64,000 nt of DNA from a virus. This document shows positions 1 to 11,100 of the stretch, piece by piece; position 1 is the stretch's first letter, and every line of letters begins with the position of its first letter. Where the stretch lies: IMG/VR virus record IMGVR_UViG_3300049571_000582, positions 32,001 through 96,000 of that record. One strand, written 5' to 3'. A program made the position numbers and the translations under genes. Below the pieces are notes generated by a model. That model did no database searches, had not been told where the DNA came from, and saw nothing but the letters and a program-made list of their open reading frames with translations.

Positions 1-1
1 C

Positions 2-2533
2 ACCTTCCTCTACGTCGCCGCCACCGACAAGATTCGGATCGTCGAACTCAATCGGAATTGCACCGACTGCGGAAGCCAGTGGCCCGTGTCGTTTGCCTCC
101 ACCGACGCTGACGATGCCAGCAATTCCTATGCGTACCAGTTCACGGTCGCTGAAGACAAGACCGAGTGGTCCAGCACGCGATCGGCCAACCTCTGTCGCA
201 TCATGACCGGCCCGATCCAATTCTATTCCGGCCACAGCGTGGTGCCCGAGCGGGCCACCGGCACAAACGACCAGCATGTTGTCGCCGACGACGCCGACGA
301 CGCCGCCAGCCAGAAGCGAAAGTCCGTCAACCCCGACGGCACGTTTTTCCGCCTGGTGTATCCCACCAAGATCGGCGTCAACGACACGCGCAAGATCATC
401 CGGATGTTCACCGGCATGCCCCTTTTCCCGGACTGGAACATCTTCGAAGACTTCATGCCGGCGGTGTACGAGATTGGCGAAGTTCAGCCGCCGTACCCCA
501 CGCCCGCCGGGTTCAACGCCGCCCAGTACCGCGGCAAGGTCGAATTCCAGCCCTTCAGCGCCGGCGACCAGATCGCCCGCGGCGAAACGCACCTGGGCAA
601 GACCGACAACCTCCGCAGCTATGGCCTGTGGTTCTGCAAGGATGTCTGCCCCGCCTGTCAGGGATGGGGCGTGGTCAAGAAGATCTATTCGAACGCGGAG
701 AATGAGCCCAACATCACGTTTGTGCTCAAGGGCCCGACGGGCGCGCAGCGGTACCTCCCCGAGGTGACCAACTACATCTTCAAGCCCTCGGACTTTGGTT
801 CTCCCACGGCCTCCCCCGAAGGGCTCTCCCCGTTTTACAACGGATCCGGCGAGCCGCAGGACCCCGAGGATCCAGTGGTGGTCGCCACCGGCGGCTACCC
901 ACTCCCCTGGAAAAACACCTGCCCGTTCTGCCGCGGCGTCGGCATGAAGCCCGAGTTCCGGATCCGCAACTTGAGCCAGGGGCTGTTCCGCGGCCGCAAC
1001 CTCAAGGCCTCCCCGGACCCTGCATCCACGGCGACAGAGCTCCCCGCAGACCCCGACGCAACGGCGACCGGTCCGGAAACATGGGAAGAAGCCAATAACC
1101 GCATGGCCCACAACGAAGGGCCGGTCCTGCAGGTCGAGGTACCCGTGAGCACGGCCAAGTACGTGCTGCCGGCATACGAATACCGCAATCGTCCATTCAC
1201 CGGCACCGATTCCCTGGCAACGCTCACCGACGGCAGCGGCGGCACACCGGATGTGAAGGTCAAGAAGTTTCCCCACCCGCTGCAGTTTACCTCTCTCACC
1301 AAGCACCTGCTGGGGCTCCAGGGGGTGGGCGTTCAGGCGGGGGATCCGGCCGGCCGCGACAAGATCGCACCGTCGACCTGGTATGCGACCGTTCCCTTCA
1401 CCACCATTTACACCGGCTCGATCGGGTCCCCACGGTTTGACCCGGAAGAGGGGCGGGTGCTGTTTCAGGAACCCATCTTCATTCCCTGCACGAAGAACTT
1501 TGCCACCATCCAGACGGTCAACGGCAACAAGGCGCGTGTGGATGCCACAGGACTGCTCGCGACGGGATCGGTCGCCGGTGGCTGCGTCACCGCCGACGCG
1601 CGGGGGCTCCCCACGGGATACTGGCGTCCTGCCCGCGTGTGGATGATGTTCAACTACGAACGCGAGCACTATTTCCATGACGGCCGCAAGGATCCCGGTG
1701 GGCAGGACATCCCGACGACCGAGTTCACCTACACCTCGCCCGAAGGCGAAACCGGCCAATTCCAGGCCCGGGCCTCGATCGTCGACGGGCGCTACTGCCT
1801 GGACGTGCGAAAGAAGGTCTCGGAGGACACGCCCCAGAACATTGAGATCGGCTCCTACAACCGCCTGATCCCGGTCGTCTACAACGAGCCCCGCGCGGTG
1901 GTTCAGGTCCACGAAGCGGATTTCTGGAAGATGCCCGTACCGCCCCAGCCCGATCTTTCCGACGGCGATTATGACACCGCCCGGAAGGACGCAGAGGCCA
2001 AGTACGTGTACGGAAAGCTGATCAAGTGGGAAAGGACCACGACCGGCGAGGCACTCGTTGAGAACGCGGGGTGGAGCGATGCCGACCACTACGGCTCCCT
2101 GATGCGGCCCAAGGCCTACCAGTGGCGGATGCAGGACGACCGGCCCCGCCTCCTGGGCCTGGCGGCCCGACGCCTCGACGTGATCAATGACCTGCAGGTG
2201 CAAGGTACCCTCAAACTCGTCGGCCCCGTTCATGACGTGGACGCCGGGCTTGGGTTTGTCGATTATCCCGACAGGGGCAAGGCCGCGGTTGTGCGGGTGA
2301 CCTACAACTTCAGCGGCGAATTCTCCACGGAGATCGAGCTTCACCGGGAAGAGAATCGCCTCGGCGAATTGCCGCCCGACGACAAGGACAAGCAAAACCG
2401 CGTGGAGCGGGAGCTGGCGTCCCTCCGCAAGACCGTCGACGTTCAGCGGGCGGTGAAGCCCGGTGACGATGGTGCCCGGCCGGAAAGCTCGCTGGATGAT
2501 GACCCCATGGGCATGTTCACGGGAGGCCGGTAA
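2..2533 (+). CDS. Large putative tail/baseplate-hub-like virion protein, 5'-truncated
   Basis: Frame is open from nt 2, upstream of the ORF-track start at 86. Has CPACQGWG and CPFCRGVG Zn motifs. C-terminal segment (GTLKLVG...VVRVTYNFSGEFSTEIEL) followed by a coiled coil resembles tail hub proteins. Function inferred from context. Confidence 0.55.
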   Translation, partial: TFLYVAATDKIRIVELNRNCTDCGSQWPVSFASTDADDASNSYAYQFTVAEDKTEWSSTRSANLCRIMTGPIQFYSGHSVVPERATGTNDQHVVADDADDAASQKRKSVNPDGTFFRLVYPTKIGVNDTRKIIRMFTGMPLFPDWNIFEDFMPAVYEIGEVQPPYPTPAGFNAAQYRGKVEFQPFSAGDQIARGETHLGKTDNLRSYGLWFCKDVCPACQGWGVVKKIYSNAENEPNITFVLKGPTGAQRYLPEVTNYIFKPSDFGSPTASPEGLSPFYNGSGEPQDPEDPVVVATGGYPLPWKNTCPFCRGVGMKPEFRIRNLSQGLFRGRNLKASPDPASTATELPADPDATATGPETWEEANNRMAHNEGPVLQVEVPVSTAKYVLPAYEYRNRPFTGTDSLATLTDGSGGTPDVKVKKFPHPLQFTSLTKHLLGLQGVGVQAGDPAGRDKIAPSTWYATVPFTTIYTGSIGSPRFDPEEGRVLFQEPIFIPCTKNFATIQTVNGNKARVDATGLLATGSVAGGCVTADARGLPTGYWRPARVWMMFNYEREHYFHDGRKDPGGQDIPTTEFTYTSPEGETGQFQARASIVDGRYCLDVRKKVSEDTPQNIEIGSYNRLIPVVYNEPRAVVQVHEADFWKMPVPPQPDLSDGDYDTARKDAEAKYVYGKLIKWERTTTGEALVENAGWSDADHYGSLMRPKAYQWRMQDDRPRLLGLAARRLDVINDLQVQGTLKLVGPVHDVDAGLGFVDYPDRGKAAVVRVTYNFSGEFSTEIELHREENRLGELPPDDKDKQNRVERELASLRKTVDVQRAVKPGDDGARPESSLDDDPMGMFTGGR

Positions 2534-2940
2534 TGAACAAGCAAAGCGAAAACGCGCTGGTGCAGTACACCGCCAAGCAAATCAGCTCGAGCCTCCTGCG
2601 GGCGATTGCCTTGGCCACGGGCGCTTCGGACGCCGACATGAAGCAGTGGCGCATGGACGTGTCCAAGATCCACTTCCATGACACCAGTTCCGGCGAAATC
2701 GCCTGGAACGACGTGCAGGCCATCACCATGTTCAACGCGGCGACGGGCCAGCAGGTCCCGGTGCCTGAGACCGCGTCGGAGGGGTACAACCGCCACTACC
2801 ATACCTCTGAGTTCGATGGCGGATTCATCCCGGGGATGGGGCCCCACGACCACCGCAGCAACGATCCTGCATACGGGGGATTTGCCTTCGCCGTGTACCA
2901 CCCGGGAACGGCGCTGCCGCAGATGCCATGGGCGGTTTAA
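2533..2940 (+). CDS. Small virion protein with two HxH motifs (spike-tip-like)
   Basis: TAATG coupling to the upstream gene; HYH and HDH motifs near the C-terminus. Confidence 0.5.
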   Translation: MNKQSENALVQYTAKQISSSLLRAIALATGASDADMKQWRMDVSKIHFHDTSSGEIAWNDVQAITMFNAATGQQVPVPETASEGYNRHYHTSEFDGGFIPGMGPHDHRSNDPAYGGFAFAVYHPGTALPQMPWAV

Positions 2941-2994
2941 TTGCGGCGAATACCACCCTCGGCCGCCATTACTATCTGGCAACGAGGGGGGAAC

Positions 2995-3900
2995 ATGGGC
3001 AAGCCATTCAGGATTGCGACATTCGACGGCGGCGGAATCTGCGGACTCTACTCCGTCGGCCTGATGCGCCGCATTATTCAGCAGTTCCCCGGCATCACCG
3101 ACAGCATCGATCTTTTCGCCGGCACCTCCACCGGCGGGCTCATCGCCCTTTCCTTGGCTGCGAACCTGTCGATCGACACCGTGCGCGACCTGTATCTCAA
3201 CAAGGCAAAAAGCATTTTCGCCAAGCCGCTGGGCTGGCGGATCAAGAGCGTGTTCGGGGCCGCGGAGTCCAAGTATTCCAACAAGGGCCTGATCAAGGCC
3301 GCGTATGAGGTCTTTGGCGGGACCTTTCTGGGCGAGCTGCCCAAGAAAGTCGTCGTGCCGGCATTTGACCTCTGCTCCGAAGCGTCGCCCGAAGATCCCT
3401 CGTGGCGGACCCGCTTCTTCCACAACCTCACCCCCGACGACAAGCTGGAGCTGGTTTCGGACATCGCCGTCAGGACCGCCTCCGCCCCCACCTTCTTCCC
3501 CTCGTATCAGGGCTATGTCGACGGCGGGGTTTTCGCCAACTTCCCCGCACTCGTGGCCGTCTCCCAGGCGATGGAAAAGAACCCCAGCCTCCAGCTCGAA
3601 GACATCCGCCTGCTGGCGGTGGGGACCGGCGGGCAGATCAAGTACATCTCCGGACAGGACCTCTCGTGGGGTGCCGTCCAGTGGATCCGTCCCATTCTCG
3701 ACATCTTCATGGGGGCGCAGTCCCTGCTGGTCGACAGCCTCTGCAAGAAACTCCTCAGCGAGCGGTACTGTCGTCTGAGTCCCGCCATCCCCGGCATCGC
3801 AATGGACGATGTCTCCCGCATGGGTGAACTGGTGTCACTGGCTGAAAACACCGACCTGGGACCAACTTTTGATTGGGTTGAGAAAACATTTCTCGCCTGA
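2995..3900 (+). CDS. Patatin-like phospholipase
   Basis: DGGGICG glycine loop, GTSTG nucleophile elbow, ASAPTFF and DGG motifs. GAGGGGG RBS before ATG 2995. Confidence 0.92.
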   Translation: MGKPFRIATFDGGGICGLYSVGLMRRIIQQFPGITDSIDLFAGTSTGGLIALSLAANLSIDTVRDLYLNKAKSIFAKPLGWRIKSVFGAAESKYSNKGLIKAAYEVFGGTFLGELPKKVVVPAFDLCSEASPEDPSWRTRFFHNLTPDDKLELVSDIAVRTASAPTFFPSYQGYVDGGVFANFPALVAVSQAMEKNPSLQLEDIRLLAVGTGGQIKYISGQDLSWGAVQWIRPILDIFMGAQSLLVDSLCKKLLSERYCRLSPAIPGIAMDDVSRMGELVSLAENTDLGPTFDWVEKTFLA

Positions 3901-3979
3901 TGCCCGATCTATGAACGCCAGCGGAGTGGAAGTGGCCCGCGGGGTCGCCCGCAGGCTACTTACAACGGAGGCACATAGC

Positions 3980-4480
3980 GTGCAGGAACAACTCAAAAAC
4001 GAACTCAGAAAACGGTTTTCTGATTACGGCATTCAGAGCGAAGCCCACCTCGACATCGCCATGAACCGGTCCGCCTCGATTGTGGAAAAGAACGTCGTCC
4101 CCGCCGATGCCGCCAAGATCGCCGAATTCGTCCGCATGCAGTACGGGGGGTTGTTTGGCGCAGAGCCGGGGACTGTTGCTGCAACTCCGCCGGCGGTAAC
4201 CAAAGCGCCGCCCGCGCAGAAGCCCCAGCAGCCCCCGGCTCCGACGGAAGGGGAACCCTCTTCGGTCAAGGTTGAAGGCAAGGAACACCCGCCCGCACCC
4301 GCAGCCCCCGTCGCTCCCGCCGCGCCGGCGACCACTCCGGCGTCCGCCAAGGGCAACGCTGGCAAGCCCCAGAACAAGAAGGACCCCAAGCCCGCAGCTC
4401 CGGCACCCTCGGCCGAAGTGAAGCAGGAGCCCAAGTCCGACGCCAAAAACGAACACAAGGCCGAAGGCACCAACGCCTAA
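3980..4480 (+). CDS. Hypothetical protein with Pro/Ala/Lys-rich disordered tail
   Basis: GGAGG RBS then GTG at 3980, in frame with ORF 3809..4480. Confidence 0.65.
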   Translation: MQEQLKNELRKRFSDYGIQSEAHLDIAMNRSASIVEKNVVPADAAKIAEFVRMQYGGLFGAEPGTVAATPPAVTKAPPAQKPQQPPAPTEGEPSSVKVEGKEHPPAPAAPVAPAAPATTPASAKGNAGKPQNKKDPKPAAPAPSAEVKQEPKSDAKNEHKAEGTNA

Positions 4481-4517
4481 CGCCTGCTGAAAAGGGGAAG
4501 CCGTCGCCGCGGGTTCA

Positions 4518-4910
4518 TTGGGAGCCCTCGGCCAGTTCTTCGCCATCATTACCCGAGAGGGTGATCCGCGGCGACGGCAACATTTTTCGGGGTTCATTTC
4601 TAAGGGGGGGACCTTGGCGACGGAAAGTCCGCATGAAGCCAATCTGCGAAAACTCAGATCTCAGGCCCACGACCTTTTCGATCCCCTCTGGAACCAATCT
4701 CACCATCGCGAAATGAGACACATCTGCTACCGCTGGCTGACATCCCAGCTTGGCGTGCCTACCGCCAGAGCCCACTTTTCTGCCATGGGCGTCGGTGAAC
4801 TTCACAGGGCCATCAAGGTCCTGCGAAAGGCCAATGTGGGCATCGTCATCTCCTGGTGGTTGTCAAAACCTCCAAAACCTAAAATGAAGAAGACCCCTCG
4901 CGCGTCGTAG
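4518..4910 (+). CDS. DUF3268-like phage protein (C-terminal portion of the family)
   Basis: GTLA...LRKLRSQAHDLFDPLW...YRWLTSQLG...H pattern. Start uncertain. Confidence 0.55.
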   Translation: MGALGQFFAIITREGDPRRRQHFSGFISKGGTLATESPHEANLRKLRSQAHDLFDPLWNQSHHREMRHICYRWLTSQLGVPTARAHFSAMGVGELHRAIKVLRKANVGIVISWWLSKPPKPKMKKTPRAS

Positions 4911-4957
4911 CATCTTCCTAGAAGACCCACATTGCACGGCCACGGGGGAGAAACGCC

Positions 4958-5167
4958 ATGTCTGCTGAGCAGCCCACCCTGAAAACCTATTCCATCGGAG
5001 AGGTGGCGAGGCTTACCAGCGCCAGCACCCAGTCGATCCGCAACTGGGAGAAGCTCCTGCCGCCCCTGCATAAGACCCCCGGTGGCCACCGGCGATATAC
5101 CGACGCCCATGTCGACGCCATCCGCAAACTCCTGGGTCAACCGTCTCCGGAAGTGAGCAATGCCTAA
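4958..5167 (+). CDS. MerR-family HTH protein (DNA-binding domain only)
   Basis: YSIGEVARLTSASTQSIRNWEK...TPGGHRRYT. Confidence 0.88.
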   Translation: MSAEQPTLKTYSIGEVARLTSASTQSIRNWEKLLPPLHKTPGGHRRYTDAHVDAIRKLLGQPSPEVSNA

Positions 5168-8100
5168 TCCAACCGCCTACCAGCAGGAAAACTGGTACTG
5201 GTCGGACGGCTCGGGCTTTCAATTCGATTTACCCCCCAAAGACGTCAAGATCGGCTGGACCAACACGCTCGTCGGAGACATCTACGACGTGCCTGCCCTG
5301 CCATGGACATCGTTCGCGCCGGCGTACACCGGGTGGACGAACTGGGTCGACAAGTTCCAGCCCGACTATCGCTTCGCCGCCACCAGCGACGCCAATGCGA
5401 TCTGCCAGCTGTTTCCGGAAGTCAGCGACCCTTGGATGTTCACCGAATACGTCTTTGAAGGCACCGGATCCGAGGATGCGGCCACCGCCGCGGCGGCCGT
5501 CGGAATCGTTGAGCCCCCGCTGGCGATGCCCCACCGCCTCCTTCGCCAATTCATCAATGGAGCGATCAGCGAATCACAGCCTCAGTTCCTCAACGAAACG
5601 CCCACGACCTTTGTGCCTGGCGAGCAGCGTTTTGCGTTCGAACAGGACTACCGGTGGCAGAGCAAGGCCGGAACCCACAAGACCTACTACGAATCCGAAC
5701 TGAACATCATGGGCTGGCAAGAGCTCGTTGATGGCCAGGTCAACACCGAGTTCACCCGGCTCGACGAGTATCGCCGGCGCATCGCTTTCCTCCATCCCTC
5801 CAACAATGCCGGCGTGGCCTTGAACCGCGTCAAGGTGTGGGCCAACTCCACACGGTGGGGCCAGAGCCAGAACGTCCCCGCCCGCACCCTCAACATGACG
5901 GCCCCGGCGGACTTCGTTCGCGCCAAGGACATGGCCACCGACAAGATCGTTTCGCACGTTCAGATCATCAAGGGCGAGCCGATCTACGACAACGCCGACA
6001 AGATCGGCGGCCAGGGCTCCATCTACTACCAGAGCATCACGGTGGGGGAGTGGAACTGGGCCTCGCAGAAAATCGGGATGATGGCAGTGTCGCCCACGGG
6101 GCAGGTCGGAGTTCCCGATGCGAACTTCGTCTACGATGTACCGGCGAACGTCTCCCAGACCACGCCCCTGGTAATGCCCAAGCAACCGGAGAATCCCAAC
6201 TCCGAGCCCGCCTACGAGTGGGTGGACAAGCGGTATGACACCGGGGCGCTGGTGCATCGCGGGTGCGCGTTCTGGAAGGGGTCCGACGGAACGGTCACAT
6301 GCGACTACGCGGCCCAGCGGATGTCCACGTTTGTCCGATCCGAACAATCCCAGGCCATCGATGCCGGTGCCGGCCAGACGGTCATCTCCCTCTCGGCTCC
6401 GGCGGCAACAACCGACACCGTTGTCGAAGTGATGGTGTCGGATGCCAGCTCCGGGCCATGGGTGATCGCCTCCGCGGGTGGGTGGGACGCGGTGCCGACG
6501 TCCTCCGGAGGGAGCGTCACCGCCATCACCATGACGCCCTCGGGGGGGTCGACGCCCAAGACCCACGCCCGGATCCGCGTGCTTGCCAAGAACCGGCCCA
6601 TCCCGGACCCCGGCCTCTGCTCCTTTTATGACCCCGATGCCAAGGACAAGAAGGCCGCTTACCGCTCCCGTGCCGGCTCTTCGGCATGCCCCTACTACAC
6701 CGCCCAGGGACAGCGGATCGTCGCAACCTATCAGGGCATTGCCAGCAACGGCGCTGAATGGGCCAACATGCAGCGGGGCCTTCCCGCAGGTTATAAGAAG
6801 AGCCCGATCGAAACTTCCCAGGGCCAGTCGCTCAACGAGTTCACCGGTGGCACCGGCGGCATCGGTGGGGGGGTTGTGGCGGGTCTCGCCGGCGCATATC
6901 TGGCCAACGTCCAGACGCCCGATCCGTACACGGCGGGCGTCCCCAAGGATGACACGATCCACTACGACGTGACCTTCGGCCCCGAGACCATTCCCGTCGC
7001 CGGCAAGCAGCAGTATTACGACACCAAAACCGGTGCACCGCCGCGGGTGGATCCCGAGAGCAAGCTGTTGCTCCGTGCCGGCACCGGCTACCACATGATC
7101 GACTGGAAGGAAGAAGAGGCCTACGGCGGCGTCGACACGGTCTTCTTCGGCTTCGTCAACCAGATCAACTACCGGCTGATGCACTCGGTGCAGCACTGCT
7201 ACCGCACCGACAAGTGCAATCCGATCATCCTCGGCGGATCGCCGGCCCCCGGATGGCGGCGGGGCCGCTACAGCGGCGTAAACTTCACCAACCATCCCCT
7301 CCGCCCGCCGGGCTACCCCGCCTTCGATGGCTCGAAGCTGCACTGCCACTACGGCAACCATCGCTGCCCCAAGCAAAACACCGATCGCCGGGCGGTGGAG
7401 TATTCGCACAACTACCAGCTCCTGATCGATGAGATCCTGCTGCCATTTCGCACGGGCGGGCTGGAGGCCTTCGGCTTCCTCGTTGAGAAGTTCATCGAGA
7501 ACGGGCAGATCGTGGACCTGTCCCCCGAGACCCTCCCTGATCACCCCACGGCCATCTGCGTCGCCGTCACCCCCGATTCCTCGGTCCCTGCCCTGCTGGG
7601 GCATTACCAGCCGGTGGTGAAAGACGCGTCGAACAACGCCTGGCGTGTGTTCTTCTGGTACGACCTTCCCTCGTGGGATCCGTCCCACCGCCGGTCGCGG
7701 GTCTTTGCCCACATCGTGCAATTCAACGACAGCGACGAGGCGTGCTACGCCGACACCGCTGTCATGCCTGATCCGGACAAGCAGGCCCTTGCCCTGATGT
7801 ACGGAGACGCGAGCAAAGTCCCCTGGCTCGTGGAGATCAGCGAAGACTACGTCGCCCCGCTGGGCAATGCGATCTTCGCGACCAACCCGCTTCCCACGGC
7901 CGGCGGCCGCAACCCAGAATACAAGGACCTCACCAAGCGAGGCCAGGAAATCATTGTGCAGAACGCCGGCGATCTCGAAGACGTCGGCGCTTCGGGTCGA
8001 ACGGCAACCAATCAATTCGGCGGCCCCCTGGACAACGTCGTCGCCGTCGGTGCCAAGACGCGAATCAGCTACTGGGTGGACAAGGATGGCGAGTTCATCC

Positions 8101-11100
8101 TCAAGGCCATGCCGATCGTCGACACGGCGGTCGCCCCCACGATTCCCAGCCAGCCGCCGCCCTATGTGCCTGTCGAGGCCCGCATCTACAACCACCCCAA
8201 ATACTTCAACGGTGCCGCCCCGATCGCCGGCGAGCCCCACACGTCCATCCAGCGGGATGCCAGCGACGACGGCAGCGATCCGGGCGTGAACATCGCCCAG
8301 AGCAACTACGCCGCGACCGGCCACACCTACACCACCGACACCGCCGCACTCCTGCACTGGTTCACCCAGGCCGCCTATGTCGACGAAGATGGCGTCCCGG
8401 TGAGCAACTGGGAGACGCTGGTTCAGTCGGTCACCGCGCCCGACGAAGAGGGGAATTACCCGCACATCGGCGTCCCTTCATTCGCCCCCGACCTGCTTCC
8501 GCTGGAACGCAACTGGTACGAATGCTCCAAATGCAAAGTCGACTTCTCGGAAGAAGAGGTCAAGTTCTTCCAGCAGCATCCACAGCTCGCGGTCATGCCC
8601 GATTCACCCCCGCCGGGCGCTGCGTGCGGCTGCCCGCGCGGGTGCGGCGGAGCACTCATGAACCGGGGGGCCTACACCCACATCCTCGACACCCGCTCCC
8701 GCGGTCAAATCGATGTCTGGGCACCGCCGGGATCGACCGTGCGGAGGGATGGCTTTTTCTGGAAGAACCCGACGCTCGTCTCGCGGCTTCACCAGGACCA
8801 GATCTTCCACAAGCTGGGCACCTACAACCCCAATGGCGGCGGCTACGACTTCTCGCACGTCGACACCAGCGTCAACGTCATGGGGGCGATGCCCCACACC
8901 ATCAGCCAGTTTTACAACGCCGGCCTCAATCGCCAGCTCACAGCGCCCTGGGCCACAAAGGGAGATTCGGTGGCGGACGTGAGGTCCCGGGTCGAGCTGG
9001 CCCTGGATATTTCCGCCGGCGATGTCGCCCGCATCCATCGGGTGGGGGAGCCCACCAGCTTACCGGTTGCCACGGGCGACGAGGGATCCACGACGCTCAA
9101 CCAGGGCGACGCGGTGGTGTTCTGGAGAACCGACCCCCGCGGCCTGGTGCAACTCACCCAGCCGATTGTCGCCGTGGGCGGCCCCAGCACCCTGCTGATG
9201 AACGAATCGATCGTGCAAAGCGACACGCCTCGGCCGATCCGCGACAGCTTCGCCGACGACGATCTCGGCGAGCGACTTTACCGCGACGCGATCCGCCAGT
9301 GGATGATCGGCGTGGTGCAGGACTCGCTGTACCTCTGGGGCACGGCGGCAAACGTCGGCATGTCGGAAAACCTCATGGCCGAGCAGCTCACCGCCCGCGG
9401 CCTGCCCACCGACGCCGCCCACTCCTTCGACCCCAAGACCGGCGAAACGATCCACGTCGACGAGCGGGTGCAGGCACCCTACGCCCAGACGCCCGACACC
9501 GCACTGGGGATGATCTCCATTCCCGGCCTCAAGCGGCTCCGCAACCGCGTCATTCCGATGCTGGCTTATGACCTGACGGATCCGGGCTACACCGCCGGCG
9601 GCGATTACGTGCAGACCCAGCAGGCGGGATACGCCGACCGCACCACCCGCATTGCACGAAAGCTGCCCATCCGCAAGTGGGGCTCGATCCCTCCGCAGGT
9701 CATGGCCGCGACCGAGACCGGCAAGGATTACTACGTCGAGTGGGAGGTGGGGGACATCCTCGGGAGCACGGCCCGGGCCTACTACCCCGTGGGCACCACC
9801 TGGTGGCGCATGAACCAGATGGTCGGCCAGATCAAGCGATCCGGCGGCACGAACCCCCTGCATCTCGATGACTCGACAGAGAGCCACGGCATCCCGTACA
9901 CCGGGGATGTGATCACCAGCGTGTGTGCGTTTTTTCTTCACGGGAAGATCCCCATGCACATGGAGGTGGTCAAGGCTTACCTGGTCTACACCAACGGCCC
10001 CGGACCCAGCGCCGCCCCGCTGGGGTGCCAGGGACGCTACACCGGATACACCGCTGTTCAGCACGAGGACGGTCCGAACTGGGACAACAAGGAATTCGTG
10101 GGTCACCGCAGCTGCTTCTTCCAGCACTACCACCCTTGGACAATGGAGACGCAGCACGAGGCCGACCACGGCGATTACGCCTACTGGGATGCGCGGGCCA
10201 AGCTCCACACCGACACCTACACCACCTGGGAAATGCGCAACGAGCTGCCGCCGCCGGCCCCGCAGTCGGACCTGGCGATTGTTCCCCAGGCGGGCGAGCT
10301 TCCTGCCGATGAGGCGTACAACCCCTGGATGGAGCTCGACGACCAGCACTACTACTACGACCACGTCGACCTTCTCCAGATGCAGTTCGTCGACATGCAG
10401 TTTGGCTTCGGCTTCACCCAGCCCTTTTTCAACGAGTGGAGCTGGGGGCAGGACATCACCCAGAAGGTGACCGAATACCAGGTCTGGAAGGACATCGATT
10501 TCGCCAAGTACGACGAGCTCAAGGAGCGTTACCACACCATCGTGAAGGCAGCGGTGAACACAACCGAGTCCATCCAGACCTTCGACTACTATGCCCCGGA
10601 GTTCCGCAACAGCGTCTGGGCGCGGGAGAACCAGGGCATCGTCGGCTGGATCGACTACAGCAGCTACGCAAACTCCTCGCGGTTTGGCAAGAAGATCTCC
10701 GAGGAGATCCAGCGAACCGATGCGTCCTGGGCCAACGGGCCGCAGATCATCGTGCAGGCCGCCAGCGACGGTGGGAACAACACCCAGCAGGCCGGCGACG
10801 CCGAGCGTGCCCTGGACATCACGGCCACCGTGCGTCGCCTCTACAACGACCGCGTCGCTCGCTTCTACCAGTGCCAGCTTGGCTGGGGCCTTGACCAGCT
10901 GAAGGTGGAGATTCCCAAGCTCACCGACACCAACCTCGCCCAGGCCCCCCGCATGCACACGGGCTACAACGAGCCGCAGTTCTTCATCAATTACCGCTAC
11001 ATCGATGCGACCTACGGCATGTGGCTCAATGACCCGTGGCACCACCCCCAGACCGTGGGGGACGTTGTCATTCCGCCTTCGCCCGATGGCGATCCCATCT

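Noticed and set aside
2995-3900. Complete CBASS system
   Set aside because: No CD-NTase or ancillary cap genes are adjacent.
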